Part shown: positions 18,120 to 26,155 of the stretch, piece after piece | Position numbering within the stretch: position 1 is the stretch's first letter | How the letters are laid out: every line of letters starts with the position of its first letter | Assembly: GCA_015520105.1 (NCBI GenBank) | Contig: WAQT01000059.1 | Span: 1-57,683, forward strand | Origin: Candidatus Aenigmatarchaeota archaeon | Lineage (GTDB): Archaea > Aenigmatarchaeota > Aenigmatarchaeia > QMZP01 | Direction of reading: 5' to 3' | DNA: 57,683 bases | Position numbers and translations under genes: made by a program | The notes under the pieces: model-generated | The model's database searches: none | Told to the model about the DNA's origin: nothing | The model's input: the letters and a program-made list of their open reading frames with translations, nothing else

Positions 18120-18395
18120 ATGGACTATCCGGAATCCGTCATAACGATTAATCGAAAGGGCGAGAGAGAGGTAAGAAGGCTTTTGAGAAGGGGGGAGTTC
18201 GTGGAGTACGATTACATTGACCCGGAAACAGGAAATCCCGTTGAGAAGGGAAAGAGAAGCATAGTGCTGAAAACACCGGAGGGCGAGGAGCACTACTTTC
18301 TCATTCCGTTGAAGGATGGGCGGTTTCTGGCTGTATTGGATAAGGACAGCAAGGAAAGGAAGGTCTGGAACGGCAGCAAGGCCGTGGACGTCTAG
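18120..18395 (+). CDS. Hypothetical protein (91 aa)
   Basis: Clean ORF with the promoter above. No family recognised. Confidence 0.5.
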   Translation: MDYPESVITINRKGEREVRRLLRRGEFVEYDYIDPETGNPVEKGKRSIVLKTPEGEEHYFLIPLKDGRFLAVLDKDSKERKVWNGSKAVDV

Positions 18396-19769
18396 TCAGA
18401 AATATATATCCCTTTCGCCGTTCTCTATCCTTTCAAGCCGTATGCGCGTCTCTTTCCTTGCAGAGGGGTCCTCTATCATTGAGAGATATTTCTTTATAAT
18501 CTCCTCTCCCAGCCTCCTGGTTTCGGGAGAGGCGTAGTCCTCAAGGTATTCTTTGAACGTCAGTATTGCGTTCGGTCTGCAGAGATTGTGTATCTCTCCA
18601 GGCTTGGCGAGATCCATGAACGCCTGGCCCGTTCTTCCCTTTCTGTAGCAGGCAGTGCAGAAGCTCGGGAGGAGTCCCTGGCGAAGGACATCCCTTACAA
18701 CCTCGTCCACGCTTCTTTCGTCGTGGATGCTGAATTGGGAAACACCCTGCTTCTTTCCGTATCCTCCGGGGGAGGTTCTGGATGCAGCGGATGTCTGCGA
18801 TATGCCTATCTCGAACGCTTTTTTCCGTATCTCAGGCCTCTCCCGCGTGGATATTATCATCCCGGTGTAGGGAACTGCCATCCGCAGTATCGCTATTATC
18901 CTGAGAAGTTCATTCTCTGATACGGGGTGAGGAGGCTCTTTCCATGCAACCCCGTCAGCAGGCTGCCATCTCGGTACAGAGAATGTATGCGGCCCGACTC
19001 CGTATTTCCTGTCAAGATAGTGCGCATGCGAGACAAGCGCAAGCACCTCGAACCTGTAGTCATACAACCCGAACAGAACGCCAAGACCAAGGTCATCTAT
19101 ACCTCCCCTGAACGCCCTGTCATGGGCGAACAGCTGCCTCTCATAATCGGCTTTCGGGCCGTTGTGGAGGGACTCAAAGCTCTTCCTGTGATAGGTCTCC
19201 TGAAAAAGCTGGTATGTCCCGATTCCCGCCTCCTTGAGCTTTCTGTAGTTCTCTGTCGTGGTCGCGGCTATGTTCACGTTTACCCTGCGTATCTCTCCGC
19301 GTCCCGATTTTGTATTGTATATCGTCCTGATTACGTCAACAACATAGTCTATGTCATTGAGTTCCGGATGCTCCCCGAATTCCAGAAGGAGACGCTTGTG
19401 CCCCATTGCCTCCAGAATTCTGGTCTGCTCCCTCACCTCCTCGAGGGAGAGTCTTTTCCTCCGCTTCCTGTTGCTTCTCCTGAACCCGCAGTATTCGCAG
19501 TCATTGACGCAGTGGCTCGAGACGTAAAGGGGTGCGAACAGAACGAGCCTCTCGCCGTATATGTCACGTTTTATCTTGCCCGCTGTCCTGAACATCCTGC
19601 TTTCGTATTTTCTGTCCGCATTGAGGAGAATGGAGACGTCCTGAAGGGAGAGACCCTTCTTCTGTCCCGCTTTTTTAAGGACATTCTCGATGTCCCTTTT
19701 TGAAGGGCTTCCCGTGTCTGCAAGAATCCCTTCTATCTCTTTCTCGTTAACTATCCTTTTCGCATCCAT
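18396..19769 (-). CDS. hydG: [FeFe]-hydrogenase H-cluster radical-SAM maturase HydG
   Basis: FAPLYVSSHCVNDCEYCGFRRSN (CX3CX2C), MGHKRLLLEFGEHP, and the HydG-specific C-terminal CX2CX22C (CTACYRKGRTGQAFMDLAKPGEIHNLC). Confidence 0.9.
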   Translation of the reverse strand: MDAKRIVNEKEIEGILADTGSPSKRDIENVLKKAGQKKGLSLQDVSILLNADRKYESRMFRTAGKIKRDIYGERLVLFAPLYVSSHCVNDCEYCGFRRSNRKRRKRLSLEEVREQTRILEAMGHKRLLLEFGEHPELNDIDYVVDVIRTIYNTKSGRGEIRRVNVNIAATTTENYRKLKEAGIGTYQLFQETYHRKSFESLHNGPKADYERQLFAHDRAFRGGIDDLGLGVLFGLYDYRFEVLALVSHAHYLDRKYGVGPHTFSVPRWQPADGVAWKEPPHPVSENELLRIIAILRMAVPYTGMIISTRERPEIRKKAFEIGISQTSAASRTSPGGYGKKQGVSQFSIHDERSVDEVVRDVLRQGLLPSFCTACYRKGRTGQAFMDLAKPGEIHNLCRPNAILTFKEYLEDYASPETRRLGEEIIKKYLSMIEDPSARKETRIRLERIENGERDIYF

Positions 19770-21050
19770 CTAAACACCAAGGTCTGTCGGGGCTCTCCCT
19801 ATTGAATGGAGAAGCTCCACTGTCTCGCTTATGTTCCTTTCTATTTCCTTGTCCCTGTCCGGCCTTCCCGGATATATGGTGTAATTCTCCCTGTATCTTC
19901 TGGGGGTAACGTTTATCATCAGGGAGTTGGCACCGGCAAGGAGGCCTTTCCTCTTTCCGTCCCTGTGAAGAGTCTCAAGAGCTGTGGTGACGAGTATCTT
20001 GGCATTCCTGTCGGCGAATCTCGATGCCGCGATAACCTTGAGAGCAAGGTTCAGGTCCGGAGGCGAACAGGACGCCAGAGGCGTCTGGGGGTGCTGTATG
20101 AATGGACCGAAGGACCACATGTCTGCCCTCAGCTCCCTTGTAAGGAGTATGTCATCGGCCAGGTCCTCCAGTGTCTGGCCAGGAAGGCCTATCATGAATC
20201 CCGTGGCAACTATGTAGCCAATCTCCTTGCAATGTCTTATGAGGGAGAGCCTCTCGTCAAAGTCCGCCTTCCTTCCATGGTGGAGGGAGGAGTAGAGCCT
20301 CCTGTTTGATGTCTCGAAACGGAGAAGTATCCCCCTCGCCCCTGCATTGTACATCCTTTCATACGTCTCCCTGCTTCTTGTTCCCACGCTCATGAACAGG
20401 AGGGCGTCGCATCTCTCCCTTATCTTACTTATGGTTTCCTCGAGAATCTGGGGGGTGTAGAAGGGGTCCTCTCCGGACTGGAGGACCAGCGCCCTGAAAC
20501 CGAGGTCGTTCACCGCATGCTCAGCGGCATTGGCTATCTCTTCAACTGTCATCCTGTACCTGCTCATCCGGGCATTGCTCTTCCTCAGCCCGCAGTAGAA
20601 GCAGTCGTTCCTGCAGTGGTTGGAGAACTCTATAATCCCGTGCACGCAGCAGGCATTCTCAAGGCTTTCCTTCCTCAGGGAGTTCGCGGTGCTGAACAGG
20701 TTGTTGAGATCCCTGTCAGGAGTCTTGAGTATGGAGAGTATTTCCTTCCTGGCTATGTTTCCGTTCTCAGCCTTCCTGACAAACTTTTCCAGCTTAGCTT
20801 CTTCAGGAGCGCGGGAGAAGGAATCGTCCCTCTTCTTCAGCTCGAAGAACAGCTCCTTCCAGGCATCGAGCGTCTGCCTGGCTTCCTCCTCAGGAACCTT
20901 GGCTATCACGAAGCCGCCTTGGGCATAGGCATAGTCTCCGACAGAAAGATTCTTAATCTCGTTGATGGCCCTCCTTCTTTCCCCGAAATAGTCTATTACA
21001 GCCCTGTTTCCCTCGAAAGCAACAACCCTTCCGGGTATGGCGTAGCACAT
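19770..21050 (-). CDS. hydE: HypC-domain / HydE fusion: an N-terminal HypC/HupF-like chaperone domain joined to the [FeFe]-hydrogenase radical-SAM maturase HydE
   Basis: Residues 1-72 (MCYAIPGRVVAFEGNRAVIDYFGERRRAINEIKNLSVGDYAYAQGGFVIAKVPEEEARQTLDAWKELF) follow the HypC pattern, including Cys2. The remainder matches HydE along its length: IIEFSNHCRNDCFYCGLRKSN, RYRMTVEEI, VLQSGEDP, LLRFETSN, GFMIGLPGQT, GPFIQHPQTPLA, TPRRYRENYTIYPGR. Confidence 0.88.
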   Translation of the reverse strand: MCYAIPGRVVAFEGNRAVIDYFGERRRAINEIKNLSVGDYAYAQGGFVIAKVPEEEARQTLDAWKELFFELKKRDDSFSRAPEEAKLEKFVRKAENGNIARKEILSILKTPDRDLNNLFSTANSLRKESLENACCVHGIIEFSNHCRNDCFYCGLRKSNARMSRYRMTVEEIANAAEHAVNDLGFRALVLQSGEDPFYTPQILEETISKIRERCDALLFMSVGTRSRETYERMYNAGARGILLRFETSNRRLYSSLHHGRKADFDERLSLIRHCKEIGYIVATGFMIGLPGQTLEDLADDILLTRELRADMWSFGPFIQHPQTPLASCSPPDLNLALKVIAASRFADRNAKILVTTALETLHRDGKRKGLLAGANSLMINVTPRRYRENYTIYPGRPDRDKEIERNISETVELLHSIGRAPTDLGV

Positions 21051-21068
21051 GGAATAATCTTGCCGGGA

Positions 21069-21080
21069 CGTATAATAAGG
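21069..21080 (-). promoter_or_regulatory. TATA-like box for hypC-hydE/hydG
   Basis: CCTTATTATACG on the minus strand, centred about 25 nt upstream of ATG 21050. Confidence 0.4.
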
Positions 21081-21089
21081 TTTTGTGAG

Positions 21090-21377
21090 TTAAGCGACCC
21101 TCGGACCCCTGAAGAACCCGTTCTCCTTGTTCTTCGTGTTGGAGAGCGCCTCTTCCTGCGGGAGCGAGGATTCGATTCTGTCATTCCTGAGTTTCTCGCT
21201 GATTTCTATGGGATGGAAGGAGGGTTTCACGTTCCTTGTGTCAGCCTTCGCTATCTTCCCGAAGGCTCGGAGTATCTCCTTCATGTCCCTTGAGAATTCC
21301 TCCTCCTCTTCAGGAGAGAGGATTATCCTCGCAAGCTTTGCCACCTTTCTTACAGTCTCCCTCCCAATCTCCGTCAT
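21090..21377 (-). CDS. gatC: Asp/Glu-tRNA amidotransferase subunit C
   Basis: VRKVAKLARIILSPEEEEEF...ADTRNVKP...LRNDR pattern. 95 aa. ATGA overlap with the mre11 stop. Confidence 0.8.
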   Translation of the reverse strand: MTEIGRETVRKVAKLARIILSPEEEEEFSRDMKEILRAFGKIAKADTRNVKPSFHPIEISEKLRNDRIESSLPQEEALSNTKNKENGFFRGPRVA

Positions 21378-22558
21378 TTTTCCTCCTTCGCGAATAATTC
21401 TTTGACAGAGCTCCTTAAAAAGGAGAGGCCGTCATCCTGCCTTCCGGAGCGCATGATGTCAAAGAGACTCTCAAACACTCGGCTGTTCAGGCCCATGGAT
21501 GAAAGATTCTCTTCCAGCAGCTTCCTTCCCAGTTCCTCCACAGAGAGTCTGTGCTCCTCTATGCTCCTTACAGGCTGCGCCTCGTCTCCTGTCCCTATAA
21601 GGCGGAAAGAGACCAGAGCGCTGCCGTGGAATTTCCTTGCTATCCCTGAAGCGTCGAGGACCTCACGATTCCGCGTCCTGAACCTTATTATCGGTTTCTT
21701 CTTATGCCTCTCCGAGAGTATCTCCTTTATTCTGGACTCTATTTTCTCTGCAGAGCCCTCTATGTCCTCGACATAGATCTTTCTCTGGTTCTCGAGCTCG
21801 TGAAACTCAAGCGCGGCTTTTTCCGTGTCCAGGGTCCAGAAGCCCCTCGGGCTGGCGGACTCTTTTGTTATCTGGGTGGTTATCAGCGAGCCGGGAATAA
21901 GCAGGGGGGAGCCGGAACAGGAGGCCTTTTTTGAGTCGTGCGCATGGCCGCACACGTAGAGGTCGAATCCCTTTGGGAGGACGGACAGGTCTATGGAATG
22001 GCTCGAGAACACGAACGGCTTCAGGGACTGGTGAAGCATGAGTATGTTGAAGCAACCCGCGAGCGGCTCTGGTTTCCAGTTCCTCAGAACGGCCTCGCTG
22101 TACTGGTCCGGGACTCCGGACATCCCGTGGATGCACACGCTTTCGTCCCCTTTCCTGAGAACCACGGAGTTGCAGTGGAGGTGTATCAGAAACCCGGCTT
22201 TTTCGAGGGCCTGCACGGGATTTATCAACCCCTTCGCCCTTCTTTCGTGAGTCCCGTGTATCGCTATGACAGGGATTCCGGAATGGTGCACGGGCGAAAG
22301 GCCTGTCACGTCCTTTCCGTCTCCGTTGAGTATGGAAACGTCAGAAGGAGAAGCAAGCGGTTCTATCAGTATCTCCATCGCCCTCGCAAGAACGTCTGTT
22401 CCCGGGTTTCTTGAGTCGAAGAGGTCGCCTGCAATAAGAATGGCGTCGCAGTCAATCGACTTTTTTATGGCCTCAGAGAACGCTTCGAAGCTGTCCTCCT
22501 CCCTCTCGGTCCCCCTCGCATAGCCTAGATGCACGTCCGAGATGACGGATATCTTCAT
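21374..22558 (-). CDS. mre11: DNA double-strand break repair nuclease Mre11 (calcineurin-like phosphoesterase)
   Basis: Motif I ISDVHLG, II IAGDLFD, III IHGTHER (Thr where GNH[DE] usually has Asn), IV MLHQS, V CGHAHD. Confidence 0.8.
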   Translation of the reverse strand: MKISVISDVHLGYARGTEREEDSFEAFSEAIKKSIDCDAILIAGDLFDSRNPGTDVLARAMEILIEPLASPSDVSILNGDGKDVTGLSPVHHSGIPVIAIHGTHERRAKGLINPVQALEKAGFLIHLHCNSVVLRKGDESVCIHGMSGVPDQYSEAVLRNWKPEPLAGCFNILMLHQSLKPFVFSSHSIDLSVLPKGFDLYVCGHAHDSKKASCSGSPLLIPGSLITTQITKESASPRGFWTLDTEKAALEFHELENQRKIYVEDIEGSAEKIESRIKEILSERHKKKPIIRFRTRNREVLDASGIARKFHGSALVSFRLIGTGDEAQPVRSIEEHRLSVEELGRKLLEENLSSMGLNSRVFESLFDIMRSGRQDDGLSFLRSSVKELFAKEEK

Positions 22559-22618
22559 GCAATTGCTTTGCAGGAGGGATTTATATTGGTTCTGAAATAG
22601 CGGAACCGTACGAGAACC

Positions 22619-23014
22619 CTAACAACATATCGGCGTAAATAACGTTCCAAAAAACCAGAGAAGGAAGAAGAAAACGCATATCATGAAATAAAGGAAAACC
22701 AGCATCTTTATTATGTTTCTCCGCCTGCTGTTTATTCCGTCGTAAGTGTAGATACATGCAACAAGATAAGCGATTACCAGATTTATGAAGAGTGCGACTA
22801 GAACAGGAAACGAGAAATAACTCAGAACGGAAACCGGTGAAGGAAACAAAACGCTCAAGGCCATTACCAGAATCATATACCCACCAAAGAACGGAAATAT
22901 TATTGGGTAGTGAGGAGTAGGGTCTATGAGAGGCAGAATCAGGAACAATGTCGCAAAAATCATAAGCCTCTTTTTGTTCGGCCTCAGTAATTCCTTAACT
23001 CTCATGTTATTCAT
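22619..23014 (-). CDS. Hypothetical integral membrane protein (4 TM)
   Basis: Hydrophobic throughout. 4-nt overlap with the upstream hemerythrin-like gene. Confidence 0.5.
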   Translation of the reverse strand: MNNMRVKELLRPNKKRLMIFATLFLILPLIDPTPHYPIIFPFFGGYMILVMALSVLFPSPVSVLSYFSFPVLVALFINLVIAYLVACIYTYDGINSRRRNIIKMLVFLYFMICVFFFLLWFFGTLFTPICC

Positions 23015-23448
23015 TTTTCTCGCTTCTTTTTATTTATGTACTCCGCGTATTTGCGGTCTTCCACTTCTATGTGATTCACCCAGGAGGAGAGGTAGTTCTT
23101 CGCTTCCTCAAGAAGCTCCCTGATGTCAACGGAGGAGAAGTTCGGGGAAGACGATTTCTCTATGAGCCGTTTCTGGAGCGAGAGGTAGAACCTGACAAAG
23201 CCCTGATGGATTTTTCTGTGGCTTTCGAGGCCCGGATAGCTGTTCCTCTCCATGTAATCCTCCTCGTATGCAAAATGTTCCTTTATATAGGTGTGGAGGA
23301 AATGAAGCGTTTCCCTCAATTGGCCTATGTTCACATCAAGCGAGGAGAGTATGGAAACGAGCCTGTCGAGATGCTCAAGAAGGCTTTTGTGCTGCTTGTC
23401 TATCATCCTCTCTCCCACAGACAGCTCAGAGCGCCAAGATGCCTCCAT
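23011..23448 (-). CDS. Hemerythrin-like metal-binding protein
   Basis: W.SELSVGERMIDKQHKSLL, HFAYEEDYM and HRKIHQGF match the bacteriohemerythrin His/Glu ligand pattern. Confidence 0.8.
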   Translation of the reverse strand: MEASWRSELSVGERMIDKQHKSLLEHLDRLVSILSSLDVNIGQLRETLHFLHTYIKEHFAYEEDYMERNSYPGLESHRKIHQGFVRFYLSLQKRLIEKSSSPNFSSVDIRELLEEAKNYLSSWVNHIEVEDRKYAEYINKKKREK

Positions 23449-23525
23449 GCTATAGAATTGGTCCCGCTTATTAATTAATCAGCACGGCTCTGAGAATCAA
23501 TTCCGTGAAAACGCGAAAATAATAT

Positions 23526-23549
23526 CGCTTTTGAGGTTTCAAAAAAGCG
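23526..23549 (-). terminator. Hairpin plus oligo-T terminator after aSUI1
   Basis: The minus strand reads CGCTTTTTTGAAACCTCAAAAGCG: 7-bp stem CGCTTTT/AAAAGCG with a T6 run. Confidence 0.4.
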
Positions 23550-23615
23550 GTATCAGAACGCAGAGAGAACCGATATTTTGGATATTCAAGTCCATGGAGC
23601 AATCAGCATGAGCGC

Positions 23616-23921
23616 TCATGCGATTTCGATGAGCTTCTCGTCGAATCCCAGCTTCACCAGAATCTGCTTCACCCTCTCTCCGTGGTTGCCCTGAAGTTCT
23701 ATATTTCCGTCCCTTATTATGCCTCCGCACGCCAGCCTGGTTTTAAGTTCCTTGAGAACCTTCTTTGGGTCGGCGTCCTTGCTTATGCCGCCGATTACAG
23801 TCACGTTCTTTCCGTACCTCTTCTTCTCAACAGATATCCTTATCTTCTCGCTTTCCTTCGCTATGGTCTCGCATACGCAGAGGTCCTTCGGCAGACCGCA
23901 CTTGTCGCAGATGTTATCCAT
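23616..23921 (-). CDS. Translation initiation factor aSUI1 (eIF1)
   Basis: N-terminal CDKCGLPKDLCVC followed by a SUI1 domain (VTVIGGISKD...LKTRLACGG...IELQGNH). Confidence 0.9.
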   Translation of the reverse strand: MDNICDKCGLPKDLCVCETIAKESEKIRISVEKKRYGKNVTVIGGISKDADPKKVLKELKTRLACGGIIRDGNIELQGNHGERVKQILVKLGFDEKLIEIA

Positions 23922-24145
23922 CAGCCAGCTTCCTCCTTTGCTTTCTTTCCCTGCATCTCCGCAAGAACAGTGTTTATTCTCGCTATAGACCTTCGTATCT
24001 CCTTTATTCTTCCCGGAGAAGTAACGTTCGCTCCCACATAGGCGTTCGCCTTTTCCTTCGAGAGTTCAAGCTTCAGCTCTGACATCTTCTTCTGGAGGGT
24101 GGGCATGTCCTGCTTCCTCAATTCAGACGCTTTCTCTCTTGCCAT
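23921..24145 (-). CDS. rpl29: Ribosomal protein uL29
   Basis: Helical 74-aa protein, LRKQDMPTLQKKMSELKLEL. Positioned after uS3. Confidence 0.85.
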   Translation of the reverse strand: MAREKASELRKQDMPTLQKKMSELKLELSKEKANAYVGANVTSPGRIKEIRRSIARINTVLAEMQGKKAKEEAG

Positions 24146-24192
24146 CCTTCACCTTTATTTTGTATTCGCGAATATAAAAATGAGGCTGAAAC

Positions 24193-24924
24193 TCATTTCG
24201 CTTTCTTCTGGTCTTTCTCCTCAAACTCCTCAAGCTTCTCCTCTTCGGGAAGCACTTCCTCAGCAATCTTGCTAATCTCGTCATCTGCATCCTGCCTCTT
24301 GGCTGGGGCACTCTCCTCTCCTTTTCTCTTCTTTGTTATCTCTCCTGTTATCTCCTGAAACTCCTTCATTATCTTCACTTTCACCCCTATCTTTCCGAGT
24401 TTGACAAGGGCCTCCTCAAAACCGTAATCCACAAGCGTCTTGGCCGGCTCTCCGCAGTGCTTGAGGTAGCCCTCCACAAACTTGGAGGACATGCTCTTTC
24501 CTCCTCCCATCTTTCCTGATATTATTATCTCAGCACCCACTGCCCCGGCATCCATTATCCTCTTTATCGTGAGATTCCCTATCTTCTTGAAGTTATAGCC
24601 TCTCTCAAGTGCGGAGGCTATCTGCTTTGCCACTATCTTTGCGTTGAGGTTGGGATTCCTTATCACCTTGACATCGAGCTGGGGGTTGTCGAGGCCGAAC
24701 CTCTGCTTTATGGCATCTGTCATCTCGTTTATGGTCTTTCCTCCCCTTCCTATTATCCTTCCAGGCTTGTGCGTGTATATCAATATCTTCACACCGAGGG
24801 GGGTTCTTTTTATCTCAGTGCCGGCATAATCTCCCTGAGGGAAGTGCTTTCTTATGAACTCCTCTATCTCAACCTCCTTTATTCCCTGTTTGACGAAGTA
24901 TTCCTTGAGCAGCATGCTATCCAC
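24193..24924 (-). CDS. rps3: Ribosomal protein uS3
   Basis: KH domain GRIIGRGGKTINEMT. The track start is a GTG; ATG at 24915 preceded by GGTGGA is an alternative. Confidence 0.9.
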   Translation of the reverse strand: MDSMLLKEYFVKQGIKEVEIEEFIRKHFPQGDYAGTEIKRTPLGVKILIYTHKPGRIIGRGGKTINEMTDAIKQRFGLDNPQLDVKVIRNPNLNAKIVAKQIASALERGYNFKKIGNLTIKRIMDAGAVGAEIIISGKMGGGKSMSSKFVEGYLKHCGEPAKTLVDYGFEEALVKLGKIGVKVKIMKEFQEITGEITKKRKGEESAPAKRQDADDEISKIAEEVLPEEEKLEEFEEKDQKKAK

Positions 24925-25141
24925 CGCACCCCCTCTCGCAGGTCTTTACTATATCAACCCTGTTCCTGTTATGCACAGCCACATCCGGAACTTCATATCC
25001 CGGAACTCCGAAGAACCTGTACACCCCATCCTCTTCCGACGGCTCTATGCCCAGCCGCGCGGCTATTCCCTGAGCGAGAATCTCGTCTCTCGTGATTATG
25101 TCATACTTCTTGAACGGGTTTATGTCATGCTCTCCTGTCAT
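24917..25141 (-). CDS. Unrecognised 74-aa ORF inserted between uL22 and uS3
   Basis: MTGEHDINPFKKYDIITRDEILAQGIAARLGIEPSEEDGVYRFFGVPGYEVPDVAVHNRNRVDIVKTCERGCGG. GAGGTGA lies 5 nt before its ATG, directly after the uL22 stop. Its own stop overlaps or abuts the uS3 start. Confidence 0.55.
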   Translation of the reverse strand: MTGEHDINPFKKYDIITRDEILAQGIAARLGIEPSEEDGVYRFFGVPGYEVPDVAVHNRNRVDIVKTCERGCGG

Positions 25142-25153
25142 TCTCTCACCTCG

Positions 25154-25537
25154 TCATCTCTGCTCCAGCACCACCTGAAGGTTCGTGACCTTCTTTTTCT
25201 CCCTCCTTCTCTTCATTCCTCTTGGCCTGTAATACGTGAATCCCTTATGAGCGGAAACATGAACAACCATTCTCGCAGGGTCGAGGCCCTTGAACTCGGC
25301 ATTGCTCTCCGCGCTTGCAAGCAGCCTCAGGATTTCCCCGGCAACACCGGTGTAGTGCTTTCCGGATATGCTGGTCTTCTGCTCTATGAGTTCTTCAAGG
25401 AATCTCTTTGCTTTCTGCAGGCTCATGCCGGTGACATGCCGGCATACAAGAGCGGAGGACTTTGTGGAGACAGCGAGTCCCCTGCCATACGCTCTGACGA
25501 CATTCCTGTTCTCCGGATTGTAAGCGTATGATGGCAT
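25154..25537 (-). CDS. rpl22: Ribosomal protein uL22
   Basis: AYGRGLAVSTKSSALVCRHVTGMSLQKAKRFLE is typical of archaeal L22. Confidence 0.9.
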   Translation of the reverse strand: MPSYAYNPENRNVVRAYGRGLAVSTKSSALVCRHVTGMSLQKAKRFLEELIEQKTSISGKHYTGVAGEILRLLASAESNAEFKGLDPARMVVHVSAHKGFTYYRPRGMKRRREKKKVTNLQVVLEQR

Positions 25538-25549
25538 GTTATCACAACC

Positions 25550-25933
25550 TTACTTGAGCGGAACATATTTGGATGACTTGGTCGCTCCGAATCCCGGTGC
25601 AGAGTGTCTGACCTGCTTTCTCGTGAGCGCATAGTCCCCGAGCCTGTCGCCGAGCATCTCAGGCTTTATCTGCACAGGCACGTATTCCTTTCCGTTGTAC
25701 ACGCCTATCTTCACCCCTATCATCTCCGGGATTATGACCATGTCCCTCGCATGGGTCTTATGAAAAGCGTTGGGATTCTTTCTTATGTCGAGGAGAAGCT
25801 TTTTCTGCAACTCTGTCAGGCCTCTCTTCAGGGCTCTCCTGCTTCTCGAGGGGATGAGCTGGGAAAATTCCTCCATGCTCATCTTCCTGAGCTCTTCCAG
25901 CGGTTTTCCCTTGTAGGTGAATTCTCTTGCCAT
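25550..25933 (-). CDS. rps19: Ribosomal protein uS19
   Basis: HARDMVIIPEMIGVKIGVYNGKEYVPVQIKPEMLGDRLGDYALTRK is typical of S19. Confidence 0.9.
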   Translation of the reverse strand: MAREFTYKGKPLEELRKMSMEEFSQLIPSRSRRALKRGLTELQKKLLLDIRKNPNAFHKTHARDMVIIPEMIGVKIGVYNGKEYVPVQIKPEMLGDRLGDYALTRKQVRHSAPGFGATKSSKYVPLK

Positions 25934-25937
25934 TCTC

Positions 25938-26035
25938 TTCGCCTTGTGACTTTAACTACGACTTTATGACTATCACTCAGTCCAACATATTGCTGCTGCC
26001 TGTTCGATCGATGTTAGCAGCCCAGCTCTCCTGTG
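25938..26035. repeat. Repeat copy A (diverged, ~80% identical to copies B and C) in the uL2-uS19 spacer
   Basis: Starts TTCGCCTTGTGACTT and ends CTCCTGTG. Retains the internal hairpin GCTG-CTGC / GCAG-cc-CAGC with a 17-nt loop. Confidence 0.85.
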
Positions 26036-26048
26036 CGACAGTTACGGA

Positions 26049-26078
26049 GACTGCACAGGCAATCGGTTCGGTGCAGTC
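26049..26078. repeat. Hairpin module H1 (stem GACTGCAC/GTGCAGTC, 14-nt loop AGGCAATCGGTTCG)
   Basis: Flanked by the conserved GACAGTTACGGA...CCAG. Covaries with H2 and H3. Confidence 0.85.
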
Positions 26079-26089
26079 CAGCTCACCAA

Positions 26090-26113
26090 CGCCTTGTGAC
26101 TTTCACTCCATGT
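26090..26113. repeat. Internally deleted mini-copy of the repeat (CGCCTTGTGACTT...)
   Basis: Shares the first 13 nt of the repeat, then jumps to the pre-hairpin GTGACAGTGACGGAG segment. Confidence 0.7.
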
Positions 26114-26125
26114 GACAGTGACGGA

Positions 26126-26155
26126 GACACGACGTGAAAACGGTTCGGTCGTGTC
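26126..26155. repeat. Hairpin module H2 (stem GACACGAC/GTCGTGTC, 14-nt loop GTGAAAACGGTTCG)
   Basis: Same flanks and geometry as H1 and H3. Confidence 0.85.
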
